64,000 nt of DNA from Mantamonas sphyraenae STR306 (Eukaryota > Protista > CRuMs): contig JAPMXV010000075.1 in assembly GCA_026936335.1 (NCBI GenBank), forward strand, positions 146,360 to 210,359, given 5' to 3'. Made by a program: the position numbers and the translations under genes. Shown here one piece after another: positions 24,701 to 34,017 of this stretch; within the stretch, counting starts at the first letter, position 1; each line of letters begins with the position of its first letter. The notes beneath the pieces are model-generated. The model was given only the letters and a program-made list of their open reading frames with translations, did not search any database and was not told where the DNA came from.

Positions 24701-25584
24701 CCGACACACGCATTGTGTGCACCTCGGACGAGTACCTGGCCAACATGGCGCCCATCCTGCTGTGGGGACTGTGGGAGGTGTTGGGCCATCCGTTGCTGGT
24801 GTTGCAGCGTCTGTGGGATCACAGTCGACATGGACGGCTGGAGGAGACTCACGTGTGGTCGTCGTACAACTTTTTCTACGCGTCGTACAGGCCCGATCGG
24901 TATCTGTACGAGTTTCTGATTCTGGGAAGGAAGGCCATGCTGGTGGTGGTGACGGTGGGATTCCGAGCAGAGCCGCTGCTGCAGCTGTACGCAGGATCGG
25001 TGGTGCTGCTGGTGGCCCTGGTGGTCCAGCAGTACCTGTCGCCGTATCGGTTCACGTGGCTGACGCGTTTGGAGTTTATCAGCTTGCTCGTGTCGCTGGG
25101 CACGCTGATGACAGGGATGCTGATGCTTGGGCGAAACGCAGGTTCGCAGACGGTGGAGAGCGCGACGGCGTTGTCAGTGGCGCCTTGGCTGGTGATGCTG
25201 GCCAACGTTGGGTTCATGGCTCTGTGTATATGGATGGGTGGCAAGGTGGGCGCGGAAAAGATGAAGGGGAAAGGCTCCAAGGTGATGGACGCATTGGGAA
25301 GCTTTCGGTCTGCCAGTAGGACGGGGAGGGCCAGTAGGGAGAGTGGAGGGGATACGAAGGACGATGTGGAGGATGAATGGGCGCTGGCGACGGTGGGATC
25401 GTCGGGTGTGAGCATGGCGCAGACGAGCATGATTGAGTTGAGCGAGCTGGGGGTGATGACGTTGTCGAGTGAGGGTGGGGAGGGTGTGGGTGAGGAGAGT
25501 GGGAGTGAGGAGGAGGAGGAGGACGGGGAAGAGGAGGAGGAGGAGAAGGAGGAGAAGGGAGAGACGACGGGAACAGCAGCTTGA
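12745..25584 (+). CDS. Giant modular surface/receptor-like protein: SBBP-type beta-propellers, Cys-rich (GCC2/ephrin-receptor-like) repeats, EGF, two IPT/TIG domains, tandem Ig-like repeats, ~7-TM C-terminus, acidic tail; true start uncertain
   Basis: 12.8-kb open frame with a signal-like segment LAIVALFVVQVVCWRVDA near 13135. Motifs: WVTQFGGTGED, DVFVTRYSASTGVREWTIQYGGTGND, CPSGKYSS, CSNRGPCINSTCQCNPGF, PTITSITPRTIPAHEGGRVRIDG, CTTGYDGLMCSQC, YNFFYASYRPDRYLYEFLILGRK. Confidence 0.85.
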   Translation: MGPCDLRATSLGEGLCEREKYVHEHAAQLTHTPHVDCTSTQDAELECIHTWKSRGCIRKDEKYRRIEKEATTSESFRNPRRTRVSEFGDRESQTQYAGTSECVERRAGARQRVTSTNRWDRLGRASWTGRLAIVALFVVQVVCWRVDAGAVCPANTYNVTMGNSSVCTACPSGKYSSAGSPACYAPWVTQFGGTGEDAMYGALFVKDGVVAWGRTTGSINGVACPEPGVHTGYVTKLDFSGTVQWTTMINRGTGPDGVHDVDVDDAGNLYLAAFTFGGAYPGFAYKGHYDLVMMKLSPQGTQLWVDQFGSTGHDNPSSSLVTADGRVHLFGWVSGDVDGLASAGQDSIVRTYNQTGSVLSTYMWGTSATDSLANIFNARESSNGSVCAVGGTSGSFDGYTLSGASDAFFTVFQADGSNYTVQFGSTSTDTASGCTWSSDGEKLFVSGTTGGSIGSQVHVSGNDMFVAMFSGQNMVWVAQAGSQGDEFGNGLVFWDDTLLACGRTTGSMEVGHALGGLDVFCTYIRASDGSVLETMQSGSSGDNYAEAMDIDAGGNVLLSSSSVGSVDGNSALGNFDAVVWWRPFKCPAGRYGLFCTLCPMGTYSSEEGAMRCTQATCTTGQFQGVATGRTSLADVCFPMVKGVWTYTTARSGEAENAYAVHIDAASNTLLTGYTNGVIKAGNSSGNAQGIHDAWVRKAKPDGTALWSHQWGTTGHDAGHAVCSDDALDVYVGGYVSNNVGHITKLSGSTGSQLWQVSDLEASSFVTAVAEHKGVLFAGGDAHANQHGFTNPIPGRRYGWVGALSASNGTWLWFKPIRSEFDDAVTAIAVDTVDGTVFVGGVTGGIIGVTSGTTGKAAAFVGRYTSTGTLVYLVQTEATMTGRGLAYDRARGALYQSGYTNAAIPGAGGHFGADDVFVTRYSASTGVREWTIQYGGTGNDRSWGLAVDVDGALYVAGETSSNFDGYTNPVPGDGQMLLSKVAPDGVRLWTKIWGTIAYDGNYAVHVRNGYLYTAGWFNGPATDGCMTLLDHPPCPEGTYERLDATLDQPYRAACQPCDNDLCVSGSKALVASDLYGESFTILPSDVGGYEVFFNSAERFVIGRITSQNDEVFAITGNVTGLSADVFGILGSLDGDMILQIHRDEPSNKPIALVRVDNKGNVVWAREYYSFPYIANVRVLRFLTLLQLDNSNMLLSGQIKSTFNGVIADFLLWLDGYGVPIEARFGGTQSFFSVRLVDNSLGAQGFMENPPRVFVGTFDSSLGYISRRLSFCDFGAGGFSDVASAKRSNGNYVWVFRLAASPALIQIVELSSEQHRFVLRRQLDPVGILSSEVRTLVATADGGVILYSKVGLTTRILRLSPTWQTYNDTYYECACDISMLQPLENGDIILSFKVSGATSTKLMRVSSAFETGTSCENPFVVKSAGFVLTSFSHCGTHSVVGDFGYTKEGHGTASDSMLGATKAMVMDHTALDIRITTLNISQTCGGCDNHCSNRGPCINSTCQCNPGFTDRPTCTEGVLSGVTSTLNLVSTTPRNALPAIVSVQMTSRDAFGVLKTVGGYTSRFLNATAFHAATQTTLLSSSNATDLGTGAYTFPFLLDPPGEWTITVNVASASNPLAVDGSPTTNLTLSAYDCTAELSPNATSISSTSPARVVLNRATNMTIPTTAFCRLSLIRWVPVNVSCTNSSYALFGLPVNAPQPTATFPHLGTFQLCFSTDSGTTWHRQTSTSTHVTVIEHPYIADIQPTRLQPRGVPLTVTMTGSGFDTVDPAHDRVCFSPSHCVAPTIQSSTGLTCTLPAIPTPGNLTVALSLHSADNTPIPRPVYTPVDWMSIYETPTITSITPRTIPAHEGGRVRIDGLHFTTPSMVFKLHMLRSPGGPVLATNCTTPSPTTVTCDLPPVDAPALSYAQISLNDGVTFSGGETQQFLFIFDREAKCDNTVELEISRQLRQELSVAHYMPNVLRGVQPMSNSTWEAYNVTTITDDDFCCRFRPEDSETRCGAFSAARTQDMQVSYGTHAPVVTSETITAWNRPCDFLPRAYKVQHRMNASVPWQSMQGSRLCSSVSGERGSVSICVDMFAQVLASQFRIVVVNNTISGSAVDLASTQGYWIQEIQVRGVLVTQPYSLVGRFVTSGSNSTSVQSGAGTTWTDALHVQLTNVLGEDLAVAGVRVVLNIPAWNTSGVATTVANGSAVVPRISTPKPQLVGEVAARLSIHPQDAIQAPDLDTSHAVLMRIVPGVAHRVVATAKNTNGSDVASLMFNTQRSVVLTGTYTIGVSLRDFAGNTVGGYDTPTQRACNATYYGTVVSTATMSSGTATLSALSMEAPNPGDTTPLQVACAGVAHVDTVPVVVLTGLPTNLTLTNGTDLVQQTTTEATMQLSRLVITVVDDLGNASPAGTARNVSIALIRGGVTMQVWWRSIAGTSTHVDTGTLSLGSPLASGSYALEIATDGLHGTAAVVQVDVGSAVAFRVVSASQTHPTRATVALDTITLQPVDVLGQDTVRPPAQWQGSLTVSNNRNGVILRTGVPFTSPLHLANLSLSAPAHGVHTVNVSSTVYNSALNDTLVTLSITAGSVTHAQLNCTGAALPSSPSVQLSTCVVSLRDAAGQVPALNGSSAVQVSLSANSSMDPSTVLATLDSAEVDLTSVRLLSPLAGTVSLSATVRVDGQSVPVLPASVAQRVDAGPAANVTIVAVNGSTTLATQPGMRVPSVTLDVRDVVGNRLEVGQGSREAMVRLLRSHGAVVQTWNVTIDGVTSTGPLPLDEALPSDSYTLAVSSQGLYGANVAIDVVPGPAVELHALSESLGQLRTATQVALPPSAWVKRDSLGQVTSMGTIQTQVSIVYDGTNAAAVALAGWTADKNDTVLVVSGVQLASPVRGKHTLVLTDALSHFVANVTLVINPGNPVSSMLTCTEGFTTVASALHVPIACNVSLLDASESLAYIEAGRWVRIGLTIQPTSRVAPASRNISLVGGQHTLDLHSLFALEAPMARTNPYVMYVTIAWLGDGVMTHEEQHNRTVAIVPGSAHNITAHVNASSSTVYTESGMRAPAVALAVVDAVGNLVCSGDAVRNYTLRLGTETAARWWLTWQPSNNHSNSCWHTVDTLALGTPLPVGGYSVVVGTDGLHDAVVPFVVKEGPASAIQAVHAHLGFVKSATTTLVPQMRFQAVDVLGQGTDVPPRSWAASSRLRVVAETSGHALLADVVFGQWINVTGLTLSSPAHGDHCFVLRNASSSSGALSSNTVCMTVVSGDVHSFVMNHTQALLSLRSGTSVPLTPLRLYALDASMALPDVSGGMNVSVNVTVTTLGVHGIQEVLLPDKTWFDLHTVQLITPRAGQYIVRADVLSDTAHTQSLSVPLSIQPGTAHAMAVEDAPWMKAVASWWPMAAVHVTVHDVAMNTLGCDQLAMEGSWTGQLQVMGTASAAVPADVQVTNACQLRVNSSHSMDFAFESTYTVRVRVQSAQQTVAMDTQVQMTTESCGKAGNGMVKGDTVRGLATNRTGCRCDGSKRYDPMAGRCLEDYALTSMRVNFVEDVPELTVEVTLKGADGQSCAGLSVVAARVSATGTGSAASDTHSVDVNNPVLSGCRVTLVAPSVPLWYESTYAVTAEMTVSSAAGLTMMNGTMAQGVVTRKCRDKVTHMVFTNDPSAGAARGCACSEGYMMQTAAGQAQTSCVACEKGQFKGKVGNGACSVCSGGRTTEAAGENDANKCRCKLTEYFSGVECSSCPSNFVCSGSDVGEIQVLPGFVVDPNNRTRAITCQLAEACQGGNTCTTGYDGLMCSQCADGWGRASGMRCTECAEPWVNWTMTIVATTAFVAVVAWFMRHYMKKGASGPVSLAQSVESVEAIPPKLIAKLVLNHMQMVGLFSVVRVEWGELLHGMFDTASTAGMGVELAPISCALDHPLHYYRFYWFASWPLVVLVVSTVIQVGLWVRRRVQSNTGSWRELKQAIRYYALPLSHVMNALSHLMILRAFIEYLDCQQFGDELVMRADTRIVCTSDEYLANMAPILLWGLWEVLGHPLLVLQRLWDHSRHGRLEETHVWSSYNFFYASYRPDRYLYEFLILGRKAMLVVVTVGFRAEPLLQLYAGSVVLLVALVVQQYLSPYRFTWLTRLEFISLLVSLGTLMTGMLMLGRNAGSQTVESATALSVAPWLVMLANVGFMALCIWMGGKVGAEKMKGKGSKVMDALGSFRSASRTGRASRESGGDTKDDVEDEWALATVGSSGVSMAQTSMIELSELGVMTLSSEGGEGVGEESGSEEEEEDGEEEEEEKEEKGETTGTAA

Positions 25585-26130
25585 GGGCGTGGTGAAGTGG
25601 AGAGTACAAGTTCGTTGTCTCATCTCACAAGTGGATGCCATGGATGCCCAGGATGATCTGACTTGCAAGGTTGTGGACGCATGATGGATAATTGCCATTG
25701 AGTGCTGTTATCAATTCCCTCGTCCAAGGATGTGGCCCATGTGGGCATGAAAGGCGGTTGTTGTCGAGTCTCCGCGTCCGTTGTCCACCGGGCCTGTCCC
25801 CGATACCGTCACACACCGCTCTCAAGATGGAGGGTTGTTGATGAGATGTAGATGCAGCACGTGCAGCGTTGAGTGCATGAGTCGTCGAATGGAACTGGCT
25901 GCCGCCATGCACTGACATGGCATTTTGCTCGTTCAGCACGTGTCACCCCACCTCATACCTTCTGAAGTCCCCTCACATGGCACCGTCACTCCTCAACTCC
26001 CAGCATCATCCATATAGACATGCGGTGCTGGCACGTGGAGGAGAGCCGACGACGGGGTCTGGTGAACATGGCGACAATGTGCGTGATTCACCATCAGAGA
26101 CATGTGATGGTACAGAGTCCGTTGACTGGA

Positions 26131-28154
26131 TCATGGTGTGGGCACAATGGTCATCTTGGAATTGTAGCAGCTGAACGCAGGGTACCACGTGCCGTCGTCA
26201 ATGTTGTCGATGATGACGTCGACGTTGCCATTGCGGGAGAAGGTCAGCGTGTGAGCTGTGGTGTCCAGCTCCACCGTCACAATGTCGCCTTGGTTGTAGC
26301 GCGTGTTGATGTCGGTGGAACTTCCATTCTTGTACGTGTACCCACCGGAGCTGAATGTGTACCAGCTGTGGCTTTCCTGCTTGGCCCCTGTGAGCCATGC
26401 GGTGTCAGTACTTTCCATGTGGTGTCTGTGAGATGTGATGACTTACCAACAAAGGTGCTTCTGAGATCACTGCTGCTGTTGCAGATGCCGATCATAATCT
26501 GGGACAATCGGTCCACTCGCGCGCTCCATCGCTGTCCCGAGCGCAGCTTCTTCTTGCCAATCCATGTTGCCCAGGAGTTGCTACTGACATCCAGACTGTC
26601 CTCCGTGAATGTTCCCCGGCTTTGGTCGACCCGGTCCCAGTCCAGACCGATGGTTGCATTCTCTCGCTCCGTGTCGCAAACTGGTTCCTGACCCTTGCTT
26701 ATGCGCAGGGCATCTACCAGACCATTCGTCAACACCTCCAACTCCACATGCCGCGTGTCCCACTCTCCGTCCACCTTCATCCCTTCCAGACGTTCCGGAC
26801 TCAGCAGCCCAAACCGCACACACCCATACATCCGCCTCTCCCACCCTTCCTCCTCCTCCTCCCCATCATGTTCCTCCACATACCTCTCCACAATCTCCAG
26901 CACGTCGTCCTCACTCTTCACCTTGATCCTATCGGCACTCAGAATCAGCTCCGCCACCCACACCGGCAGCCCGCTCATGTTCACACGCCCATCCTCCCGC
27001 AACACCTCCAGCTTCCCCGCAATCGTCACACACAATCCTTTCACCACTTCCTCACTCGCACCTGTTGCCAGTGCCACCTTCAGCAATCCCATCTCCTCGT
27101 CGTGCCTAACGCCCTCCAACAATCCACTCAGGTACTCCACATCCTCTGCCTCCACCATCTCCTCCACATCCACACTGTCCAAATACCCACCCACCACCCG
27201 TGCCAGCTTTCTCTTGTCCACTCCCTCCTCCCCATGCTGCTCCAACGCCACCTTGACCATTGCCACAAACACACAGCCCCGCATAAACCCAAACGCCCCA
27301 CCACCCACCGCATCTGCCACCTTGCCCCACTCCTTTGCCACCCGCAACACACTTGCATGGTACACATTGGAGTGCACCACCTCGGCGACACCCATGGCCC
27401 CCACGAGACTGCCCCCACGACACATCCTCACCAGTGTCTCTGCATCATGCTCCTGTCCCACCCACTGCATCACATGCTCCGTCAGCATGGGCATCAGCCA
27501 GAACTGTGCCACGGCCAACAGACTGTAACACAGCTCCACGTTGGTCACAGGCAGGGTACCGCCGTAGCACCACCCCACCGCCACTTCCATTGCACGCAAC
27601 ACACCCACACTCTGTGTGCCCCGCTTCACCACCATTCGAAACATCCCTCCCCCCTGTCCATCCTCCCTGCTGTGTTCCAACACCGCTGCCCCCGACGACG
27701 CTGCTGCCCCGTCCTCAACCTCCAGCAGATACCGCCACAGTCCGCTGTGCAGACACAGAAACGAACGGTGTGCACGAAGCACCACGTCCTTTCCTCCCAG
27801 ATCGTCTCCATCTGGTGTCCCGTCATTGTCCATTCGCTGGTGTGAGCGTGGTTCAATCTCTTCCTTCCCCACTCCAAACTCACCCGCCCCATCCAGTCCT
27901 TCCAGCACAATCTCCACATCGGTACACAGACCACTCTTGTACATGTCATGAAACAGCGTGCGCACTGCTGGTGACGTGTCGGGTCCTGCCTTGCCCTGCA
28001 GCGGCGAAAGAGGGCCGTACGCCTTTGTGCGCTCCGACTGCAGGTAATGGTCAGGTCCATCTGTGGACAGACCATGCACACTGCGCATCCCATGGTTGGT
28101 GTTGCTGCTGCTGTCTGCCTTGCCCTTGCCCTTGCCCCGTGCGATTGTGCTCAT
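26131..28154 (-). CDS. BTB/POZ + BACK-like + SPRY(B30.2) protein, putative Cullin-3 adaptor; intron 26388-26446
   Basis: BTB motifs CTDVEIVL..LRAHRSFLCLHSGLW..WCYGG..LLAVAQFWLMP and BACK-like ILSADRIKVKSEDDVLEIV..CVRFGLLS. A GTAAGT..CTGAC..CACAG intron joins the SPRY end YNQGDIVTVELD..LTFSRNG..WYPAFS in frame. Confidence 0.82.
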
Positions 28155-28589
28155 TGTTCCCCCCACTGCGTGTGTGTTTCGTGTTGTTGTGTCACACCCG
28201 TCGCATTGCACACCCCATCCATCAACCACCACCAAGAACGCAGATCTGAAACGGGCAGTGGCGGTGTAGTTGCCTTTGTTCACTCGATTGGCAATGTGCA
28301 AGCAAAGGGGGGTCGACACCACTCCTTTCTTCCTCGGACGCATCCGTTTCCTTCCCTGCTGGTGGCACTGATGGGCAAAGACAGGACGGTGTGTGTGTCA
28401 CTCTGGATATTGGAACAACGTCATGGAGGTGTGCGTGGAGGGTTGTAAAGTGGGGAGGAAATGTGGCTCTTTCATGTGTGGTGGTGGTGGTGGATGGATG
28501 GAGGAAGAGGGTCAGAAGCAGGAGGCACGATGGAACGCCGTCCTACTGTAGGTTGTGGCGTAGTGGGGGGTGAATGTAGGTGGAAGATC

Positions 28590-29150
28590 GGGTGTGTGTG
28601 TTGTCGACGCGGAATGTGAAGGCGGCGAAGAAGAGGCTGAGCGCTCCTTGTCCTCTATGCGCGAGTGCAACAACGCATATTGCATACAGACAGTTTTGAA
28701 CAGTCATCAGGTAGGGAGGGGCGGGGGTATCGGGGACTTGTGCCCGTGTATAGATGGGATAGAGAGAGAGTCACGGAGGAATCAGGAGAGGCTGACAATC
28801 ATGGGATATCGCAGGAAATATGGGCTTAAACGTACATCAGTGGTTGGAATTGTTGCAGAGCGGGGACCATGGGCGGATTGTGGAAGCTTTGGAGGATCAG
28901 GGAACGGTGAGTAGGCGGAAAGAAATCGGGAGGGCGTTTTGGGTGAGCGTGACGTTGATCGTCGCACCAGAAGAAGGGAAGGAGGGATGGGAGTAGGGTG
29001 GATGTGATGGTGAGTACGCAGGGTGGAACGTGTGTTGACACGGCACACACAGAAATTGGACCTTGCACGTGGGGACCTGGGAGACAAAGAAGCAGCGGCA
29101 CTCGCGCGGGCACTGGCTCAGAACAGCAGCTTGCAGACCCTGGACCTCAA
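28590..29150. repeat. Upstream/exon-1/intron block, near-identical at ~34070-34630; a longer version (from ~28350) recurs diverged at ~50845-51780
   Basis: Shared text such as GAGGCTGAGCGCTCCTTGTCCTCTATGCGCG..CAACGCATATTGCATACAGACAGTTTTGAACAGTCATCAGGTAGGG. Confidence 0.85.
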
Positions 29151-30870
29151 CAACAACACCATCGGGGCAGAAGGCGCCGCAGCACTGGGGCAGGCACTAA
29201 GTGAGAACAGCGGCTTGCAGACACTGATTCTCTGGGACAACGGCCTCGGGGACGAAGGAGCAGCAGCGCTTGGGCAGGGACTGATTGATAACACCGCCTT
29301 GCAGACGCTGGACCTTGAGAACAACAGCATCGGGGACAAAGGCGCAAGAGCAATGGGGCAGGCACTGAGTAGGAACAGCTGCTTGCAGACACTGAACCTG
29401 GGAATCAACTGCATCGGGCCAGAAGGCGCAGCAGCACTGACGCAGGCACTGTGTGAGAACACCACCTTGCAGACGCTGGACCTCGGAAACAACAGCATTG
29501 GGGCAGAAGGCGCAGCAGCGCTGACGCCGGCACTGAGTGAGAACACCGGCTTGCAGACTCTGTACCTTAGTAGCAACAGCATCGGCGACAAAGGAGCAGC
29601 CGCACTGGCGCAGGGACTGAGGGAGAACCAGAACTTGCAGGCACTGAGCCTCTTCTACAACAGCGTCGGAGCAGAAGGAGCGGCAGCACTGGGGCAGGCT
29701 CTGAGTATGAACAGCAGCTTGCAGACACTGAACCTCGGCTGGAACAGTTTCGGGGCGGAAGGCGCAGCAGCACTGGCGCAGGCACTGAGGGAGAACCAGA
29801 GCTTGCACACACTCATCCTCAGCTCGTGCGGCACTGGTGCAGAGGGAGCAGCAGCACTGGGGCAGGCGCTGAGGGAGAACAACAGTTTGCAGACTCTGAA
29901 TTTTGGAAACAACAGTATCGGTGACGAAGGGGCCGCAGCACTGGGACAGGCTCTGAGTAGGAACAGCAGCTTGCGGACACTGTACCTCAGCCTTAACAGC
30001 ATCGAGGACGAAGGAGCAGCAGCACTGGGACAGGCACTGAGTGAGAACAGCTGCTTGCAGAAAATAGACCTCGCAAACAACAGCATCGAGGCAGAAGGCG
30101 CAGTAGCACTGGCGCAGGGTCTGAGCAAGAACAGCAGCTTGCAGACACTGAACCTCAGTACCAACACCATCAGGGCAGAAGGAGCAAAAGCGCTGGCGCA
30201 GGCACTGGGTGAGAACAGCACCTTGCAGATGCTGAGTCTCAGCTTCAATCCTACCGGGGACGAAGGAGCAGTAGCACTGGCTCAGGCATTGAGTGAGAGC
30301 AACAGCTTGCAGACACTTGACCTCGGGAACACCAGCATCAGGACAGAAGGTGCAGCAGCGCTTGCTCAGGCGATGGAGGGCAATCGCTCCTGCTGGAAGA
30401 TTGAAGGCGTTCGCAATGACGCGTTGCAGTCGCTGTTGGAGAGGAACATGGAGAATCACGTGGAGTTTGTGGAGTGTGGGGATGTGGAGACGATGAGAGA
30501 GTTGTGGGAATGGGGTGTGCCTGTGGACACGTTTGCAGGGGATGAGGGGGAGGAGACTGCGCTGGAGAGGGCTGTGAAGGGTGGGGATGAGACGATTGTG
30601 GATGTGTTGCGGGCGTGGGGTGCGACGCCGAGGATGGAAACGGTGGAGATTGTGAGGAAGGGAGGGTGGAGGAAGGCGTGGCATTGGATTGGATGGGGTG
30701 GGCAGGTGGATGAGGCGATGGAGGTGGCGCTGGTGATGAATGGGGAGGAGAGGGAGGCGATGTTTGAATGTGGAGGGATGGAGGCGTATGAACCGACTGC
30801 ACAGTGGATGACACTGCCGGATGAGGTGATGGAGAGGGTGATTGGGTGGATGGGGAGGGGTGGGTGGTGA
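28820..30870 (+). CDS. LRR-ankyrin-C-terminal F-box-like protein, copy 1 (16 LRRs); exons 28820-28906 and 29053-30870
   Basis: Exon 1 MGLNVHQWLELLQSGDHGRIVEALEDQGT, GTGAGT..TTGAC..CAG phase-0 intron, 28-aa repeats NSSLQTLxLxxNxIGAEGAAALAQALSE, ankyrin ETALERAVKGGDETIVDVLRAWGA, terminal WMTLPDEVMERVIGWMG. Confidence 0.88.
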
Positions 30871-32957
30871 TGGCGTCGCGGAATGAAGAAGTTGGTTGAG
30901 TGTGTGGTTGTGAGGGAAATGGGCAAGCAATGAAAACCAGCATGAGGAGTAAAAGGCGGTGCTACACACCCGTGTTTGTTGTTCACCACCTGTACAGACA
31001 GGACCATCGGGGTCCCAGTAATTACGCTCCAAGCACAACCGGCGAGTCCTCTTGCTTGGTAGTGTCGTCACTGCACATGCGGAGAAGGTTCCTCATTTGG
31101 ACACCCCACACACCATGCGCGTTCACTCGTGTTCCATAGCGGGATTGTCCTCTTCTGAGTCTGCCCTCCACCGTCCTCCGTCCCCGTTGTTGGGTGAGGG
31201 AGGGTCGTTGGGATGGGATGGGGGGTTCACCCACCCTCCACCATACCCCTTCCACGTACCCAGTCCCATCTTCTTCGTTGTCATTGTCGTTGTGGTTGTG
31301 GTTGTGATTGCAACTTGGCGCGTTGCACGTCGACGTGGCCACCTGCTTCCTGATGCTGCTACGGTTGTCCCCCTTTCATCCTCCAACCAGCGCCTCCATG
31401 CTGCGTCCGCTTCTGGCTTGCCAAAGCCCATGTCCGATGGACACTGGAAGGGATCCCACAGAACATGTCCCGGGGGGGAGGGGGGGTTCCTGGAGACGCG
31501 CCCACACACTCGCACCCTCCTCACGTCCACCACGCAAACACCCTGTGTTTCTCTTCATGGGTGGATGCACACGTTCTGCGGTTTGTCCATCCCTTTGTTC
31601 TCCCTCTGTGGCGACTTCTCTCTCCTTGGATCGGGGCGAGCAGCGCCGTTTTCACGCGCGTACTTTCCACGTGTCACATACACGCCTGTGCGTGCGTGGC
31701 TTCCCTTTGGCTTCGGACTGGGTTGACCTAGCCTTGTCCCAACTGGTCAAGAGGTTGTTCTCGCGTGCGTGCGAGTTGTGGCTGCAGCCACAGAGGCGAC
31801 TTGAGGGTGCGTCTGAACCGCGAGAACAAGCTGGAGCGCACGGGCCGCCAAAAGCGTGACGTGTGCCACGGAGGACATCCGAGATACGGCTGGGGATGAT
31901 GCCATGGGCCCCTCAGACGTGGAATTGGTGCATCTGTCCGGTTCCAAGGTGTGCTAAGGCGCCCATGGTGTTGAACGTGGCCTCGGTTGCCGGGCGTGTC
32001 GACGGGCGCCTTGGTCGCCGTCTGCCAGAATCCCATCACAGAGGCAGGGAGGACATTCGAACCGACTTTGACGACAGTACGCCACCGCACGTGTGTTTGT
32101 GCATGTGTTGGTGCAACGTCATTCTCACTACTGTTCCACGATGTTGGAGGGGGGCGGGAACTCCGGTGGCTGAAAACGCGCACCTCGGCGGGTGGGTGTG
32201 TGCATGTGTCCCCAGGACCACAACTTCAGTGAGGGTACACACACATACACGGGTCTCCCAATGGACGAAGCTGGTGATGTGTGTTCCCATCTGCGACCAT
32301 TTCAAGTGCGATGTGAAACGCCTCGCTTTTCGGACCCACCAGTGGATGATTGAGAACGTGTGGGTGGCAGAGGCGCCACCAGTGCGGTCGCGACGGATGA
32401 ACGGGTCATGCCAGGCGAAGCTTTGGTCTCTGTTGAGTCTCACGTGCAGCTCCGGGATTTTCCTGACTCGAAGAGGTGGAGAAAAAAGAACGCCGTTCAC
32501 ATTTTGGGAACGGATGATGGACCCCGAACATTATGAGTCAACCCGAAGGTAGCAGCCAAAAGCGCAACTCAACGGAGGAGGAGGACCAACGTGTCAGAGA
32601 AGAATTTTCCTGCCGAGTCTATCACGTGTGTCATGGGTGACATGGTGGACATGGATGCACAGGAGAGAATTCAAGATTCCCGGAGGAGTGGGAGTTGGGA
32701 GTGTGCAGCGTACGGGGAGAGGATACCGGGCGGGAGAAACGGAGCGTGGCGGTGAAGGCGCCGAACGACGCAACGCATCTTGGAATTGGTGACATCGAAC
32801 AGGAATCTCAGGGTAAGTGAGGTGGCTGGGTGGAGAACACACGGCTGGTGGGCTGTTGAGGGGAGGAATGGAAGGGGGCGGTCGCTGTGGGAGGGAGAGT
32901 GGGCGGGTGGTGCCCACGACGCTCACAACGGAGAGCAGACACAGATTGGGTACACAG

Positions 32958-34017
32958 ATGAATACCGATTGGAATGATCTGCTGAAGAACGGGGACCATG
33001 CACAGATTTGTAGTGCACTGGAGGCAGCGGGAGAGGTAGGCTGGGACCGGAACACAAGGAAGAGCGGGAAAGAAGTGGGTGAAGGGCAACAGTGGAGTGT
33101 GTGCTGACACGACACGTGGGCCACAGCGGCTGCGCATTAATTGCATGTATCTAGGGGACGACGAGGCAGTAGCGCTTGCCAAGGCGCTGGGGAAGAACAC
33201 CAGATTGCGGACACTCGACCTGGGCTTCAACAACATTGAGGACGAAGGAGCAACAGCGCTGGGACAGGCACTGAGTGAGAACAGCAGCTTGCAGAGACTG
33301 GACCTCAGGGCAAACAGCATCGGGGCAGCAGGAGCAGGAGCAGTGGCGCACGGACTGAGTGCGAACCGCAGCTTGCAGACGCTGTACCTCTTCAGGAATT
33401 CGATCGGGGCAGCAGGAGCAGCAGCACTGGGGCAGGGTCTGAGTGAGAACAGCAGCTTGCAGACACTGCACCTCGGCTGGAACAACATCGGGGACAAAGG
33501 TGCAGCAGCACTTGCTCAGGCGATAAAGGGCAATCGGTCGTGCTGGAAGATCACCGGCGTTCGCAATGACGCGTTACAGTCGCTGTTGGAGAGGAACATG
33601 GAGAATCACGTGGAGTTTGTGGGGTGTGGGGATGTGGAGACGATGAGAGAGTTGTGGGAGTGGGGTGTGCCTGTGGACACATTTGCGGGAGAGGGGGGGA
33701 CGGAGACTGCGCTGGAGAGAGGGGTGAAGGGAGGGGACGAGGGGTTGGTTGAGGTGTTGCGGGGATGGGGTGCGAAGCCGATGATGGAAACGGTGGAGTT
33801 GGTGAGGAAGGAGGGGTGGAGGAAGGCGTGGCATTGGATTGGGTGGGGTGGACAGGTGGATGAGGCGATGGAGGTGGGGTTGGTGATGAACGGGGAGGAG
33901 AGGGAGGTGATGTTTGAGTGTGGAGGGATGGAGGCGTATGAACCGACTGCACAGTGGATGACACTGCCAGACGAGGTGATGGAGAGGGTGATTGGGTGGG
34001 TGGGGAGGGGATGGTGA
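32958..34017 (+). CDS. LRR-ankyrin-F-box-like protein, copy 2 (5 LRRs); exons 32958-33035 and 33127-34017
   Basis: Exon 1 MNTDWNDLLKNGDHAQICSALEAAGE, GTAGGC..CTGAC..CAG intron, same C-terminal module as copy 1. Confidence 0.85.

Noticed and set aside
12745-25584. Giant ORF as polycystin-1
   Set aside because: No recognisable REJ, GPS, PLAT or TOP/channel motifs. Its TM module matches the LRR-TM genes instead.
31000-32560. Possible spliced minus-strand gene between copies 1 and 2
   Set aside because: There are short ORFs and some splice-like signals, but I could not build a coherent model or recognise a domain.
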